Below are positions 62,394-64,000 of a DNA stretch of 64,000 nt, in pieces. How positions within the stretch are numbered: the first letter of the stretch is position 1; each line of letters begins with the position of its first letter. The position numbers were made by a program, and so were the translations under genes. The stretch comes from Caldilineae bacterium (lineage in GTDB: Bacteria > Chloroflexota > Anaerolineae > DUEN01): positions 9,510 through 73,509 of the forward strand of contig DUEN01000009.1 in the NCBI GenBank assembly GCA_011176545.1, given 5' to 3'. A model generated the notes under the pieces. The model was not told the origin of the DNA. It searched no databases and worked only from the letters and a program-made list of their open reading frames with translations.

Positions 62394-63095
62394 ATGGATA
62401 AGCTGCAGTTTGATATGGTACAGATTGTCAAATCTGTACCATTGTTTATGTCGCTCACCAAGAAAGACTGGGAAGATGTGGCACATATGCTGGTCGGCCG
62501 ATGCTATCCCAAGGACGCTTACATCTTCCACGCAGGCGATCCCCCCGATGCCCTGTACATCGTCTGGACAGGCCAGGTCAAGATCCTCCGTCATTCCGAG
62601 GAGGGACGGGATATCGTCCTAGATGTGATCGGCCCTGGTCACATGTTCGGCGAGATGGCCGTGTTCGATGGCATGCCCTATAGCGCCAGCGCCCAGGCCA
62701 TGGAGGATGTAGCCCTCGTGGCCATCTCCCGCCCCGATTTCTTCCGTCTGTTGGAGCGCTACCCCGGCGTCTCCTTGGCCGTGATCAGCGAGCTAAGCCG
62801 GCGCTTACGTAACGCCAGTGACCTGGTACATAGCCTCGCCGTCGAGCGCGTGGAACGCCGCATCGCCCGTATGCTCCTCAAACTGGCGGCCAATAGCGCC
62901 AGATATCGGGATAATGGCTTGGTCATCGACCTCCCGTTGACCAGGCAGGACATCGCTGATATGACCGGCACCACGGTGGAGACGGCGATCCGGGTCATGA
63001 GCCGGTTCCGCAAGGAAGGGCTCATCACCACCGAGCGCGGCCGCGTGGTCGTCCTCGACCCGGAGGGGCTTCGCGCCGTCGCAGAGGAGCGTTGA
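62394..63095 (+). CDS. Crp/Fnr-family transcriptional regulator
   Basis: cNMP-binding-like N-terminus (FHAGDPPDALYIVWTGQVKI, FGEMAVFDG). HTH RQDIADMTGTTVETAIRVMSRFRKEGLI. Confidence 0.85.
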   Translation: MDKLQFDMVQIVKSVPLFMSLTKKDWEDVAHMLVGRCYPKDAYIFHAGDPPDALYIVWTGQVKILRHSEEGRDIVLDVIGPGHMFGEMAVFDGMPYSASAQAMEDVALVAISRPDFFRLLERYPGVSLAVISELSRRLRNASDLVHSLAVERVERRIARMLLKLAANSARYRDNGLVIDLPLTRQDIADMTGTTVETAIRVMSRFRKEGLITTERGRVVVLDPEGLRAVAEER

Positions 63096-63104
63096 GGCCG
63101 CGAT

Positions 63105-63884
63105 GTGAAAGCCTTCCAGGGGTTCATAGAAGGTCGCCACCCCCTAGGCCCCGGCCTTTTGCTTCACCTAAGATGCCCATCCCTTGAGCCTCCCTGCTCC
63201 GCGGGGCAGTTCTTTCTGGTACGTTGCACCCCTTCACCCGATATCTGGGATCCCTATCCCCGTCGAGCGTTATTCCCTGCCCTGATCGAACCCGAGCGTC
63301 TGACCTTGTGGCTGGCCGACGCGAACGATCGCGGCTTGGCGTGGCTCGTGACCCAGCCGGAGGGTACTCGACTGGACCTGCTGGGGCCGGGCGGGCGAGG
63401 ATTCGAACTCCCCCCATCCCGGGCTCGCGTGCTCATCCTGGCTCAGGATGAAGGCTTGGGGCCCGTGTGGCCGCTCCTGCGCCGCGCGCTGACCGAAGGG
63501 CATCAGGTGACGTTGGCCCTGGGCGTCAGGCGCGGCGATCTGGCCGTGTCGCCGGAGTGGGTACCCGTCGCCGTCGAATACAGGTTAGCCACGAAGGACG
63601 GGAGGGCGGGCAGGGAGGGCGACGTGTTCGACCTCTTAAGTGGCTTGGAGGAATGGCCGGACCGTATCTACGCAGCCTTGCCGCGGGCGCAATGGTCGCG
63701 ATTACGGGCCTGGATTGAAAGCTGGCGTCCGATGATAGAGCCAGGATTCGCCCAGGTGTTGGTGCTGGGTGACATCTTGTGTGGCATCGGTGCCTGTCTG
63801 ACCTGTATCATTGAACGGCGTGATGGTCGGCTGACGCGAACCTGCGTCCATGGGCCAGTCATGGACTTGACAACGCTGGCCTAA
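63105..63884 (+). CDS. pyrK: Dihydroorotate dehydrogenase electron-transfer subunit (PyrK)-like flavoprotein with a C-terminal 2Fe-2S motif
   Basis: GTG start. QFFLVRC, LILAQDEGLGP. C-terminal CGIGACLTC...C cluster motif. Confidence 0.6.
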   Translation: MKAFQGFIEGRHPLGPGLLLHLRCPSLEPPCSAGQFFLVRCTPSPDIWDPYPRRALFPALIEPERLTLWLADANDRGLAWLVTQPEGTRLDLLGPGGRGFELPPSRARVLILAQDEGLGPVWPLLRRALTEGHQVTLALGVRRGDLAVSPEWVPVAVEYRLATKDGRAGREGDVFDLLSGLEEWPDRIYAALPRAQWSRLRAWIESWRPMIEPGFAQVLVLGDILCGIGACLTCIIERRDGRLTRTCVHGPVMDLTTLA

Positions 63885-63897
63885 CCAGGATCGTCCG

Positions 63898-64000
63898 ATG
63901 TCCATCGAGCTCGCTCCTGACCATAAAACGGGACTGGTTCTGCGGTCTCCGAGGATCCTGGCCGCGGGGATGATCGGTTACGGCGACGCGCGCTCGCGAG
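63898..64000 (+). CDS. 5' fragment of a probable dihydroorotate dehydrogenase catalytic subunit (truncated by the window end)
   Basis: ATG 63898; MSIELAPDHKTGLVLRSPRILAAGMIGYG. Position directly after the pyrK-like gene. Only 34 codons are visible. Confidence 0.4.
   Translation, partial: MSIELAPDHKTGLVLRSPRILAAGMIGYGDARSR

Noticed and set aside
1-64000. tRNA, rRNA, CRISPR, transposase or integrase, and toxin-antitoxin or classical defence genes.
   Set aside because: I scanned the intergenic regions by eye and found no cloverleaf-type GTTCGAATC-like T-loops and no repeat-spacer arrays. None of the ORF translations shows DDE, tyrosine- or serine-recombinase motifs, or nuclease/ATPase defence motifs.

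Overview
High-GC bacterial chromosomal segment. Thr/Pro-rich linkers, recurrent YLPLL-type motifs and the gene content suggest a Chloroflexota-like organism, but that is inference only.

Layout:
1. 173-26388 (+): a ~26 kb, 12-gene, translationally coupled operon. It encodes two giant iterative type I PKS / PUFA-synthase-like proteins (NMO-ER-KS-AT-ACP-KR and KS-AT-ACP-DH-PPTase) and a discrete ACP. Tailoring genes are an NPP-type phosphodiesterase, an alpha/beta hydrolase, two paralogous SDRs, an O-methyltransferase-like protein and a GT1 glycosyltransferase. Three paralogous repeat (probably beta-propeller) proteins of unknown function complete it. An intrinsic terminator follows at 26442-26487.
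2. 26513-36470 (+): a nine-gene operon of mostly exported or envelope proteins. These are a Thr-type alkaline-phosphatase-superfamily enzyme, a SnoaL-like protein, an RmlD-like reductase, a Tat-signal DUF362 protein, a PD40/TolB-like protein, a GPH-type MFS transporter, a lipase and an unknown protein.
3. 36716-39585 (+): a MacA/MacB-like adaptor plus permease, with no ATPase gene.
4. Minus-strand housekeeping block: GT4 glycosyltransferase, orphan LivJ-like lipoprotein, mltG, ruvX, an unknown membrane protein and alaS. tyrS is divergent from alaS, and sppA follows.
5. Two tandem PhnP-like MBL-fold genes (-).
6. 53162-62104 (+): a three-gene module. It encodes an exported VWA protein with a C-terminal transmembrane anchor, a tubulin/FtsZ-like GTPase, and a membrane-anchored paralogue that has lost the GTPase signature.
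7. crp/fnr-like regulator, pyrK-like gene and a truncated pyrD-like gene.

I saw no rRNA, tRNA, CRISPR array, transposase or integrase. The two most unusual regions are the PKS/propeller operon and the VWA/tubulin-like module. All function calls rest on motif recognition by eye, and no database search was possible.
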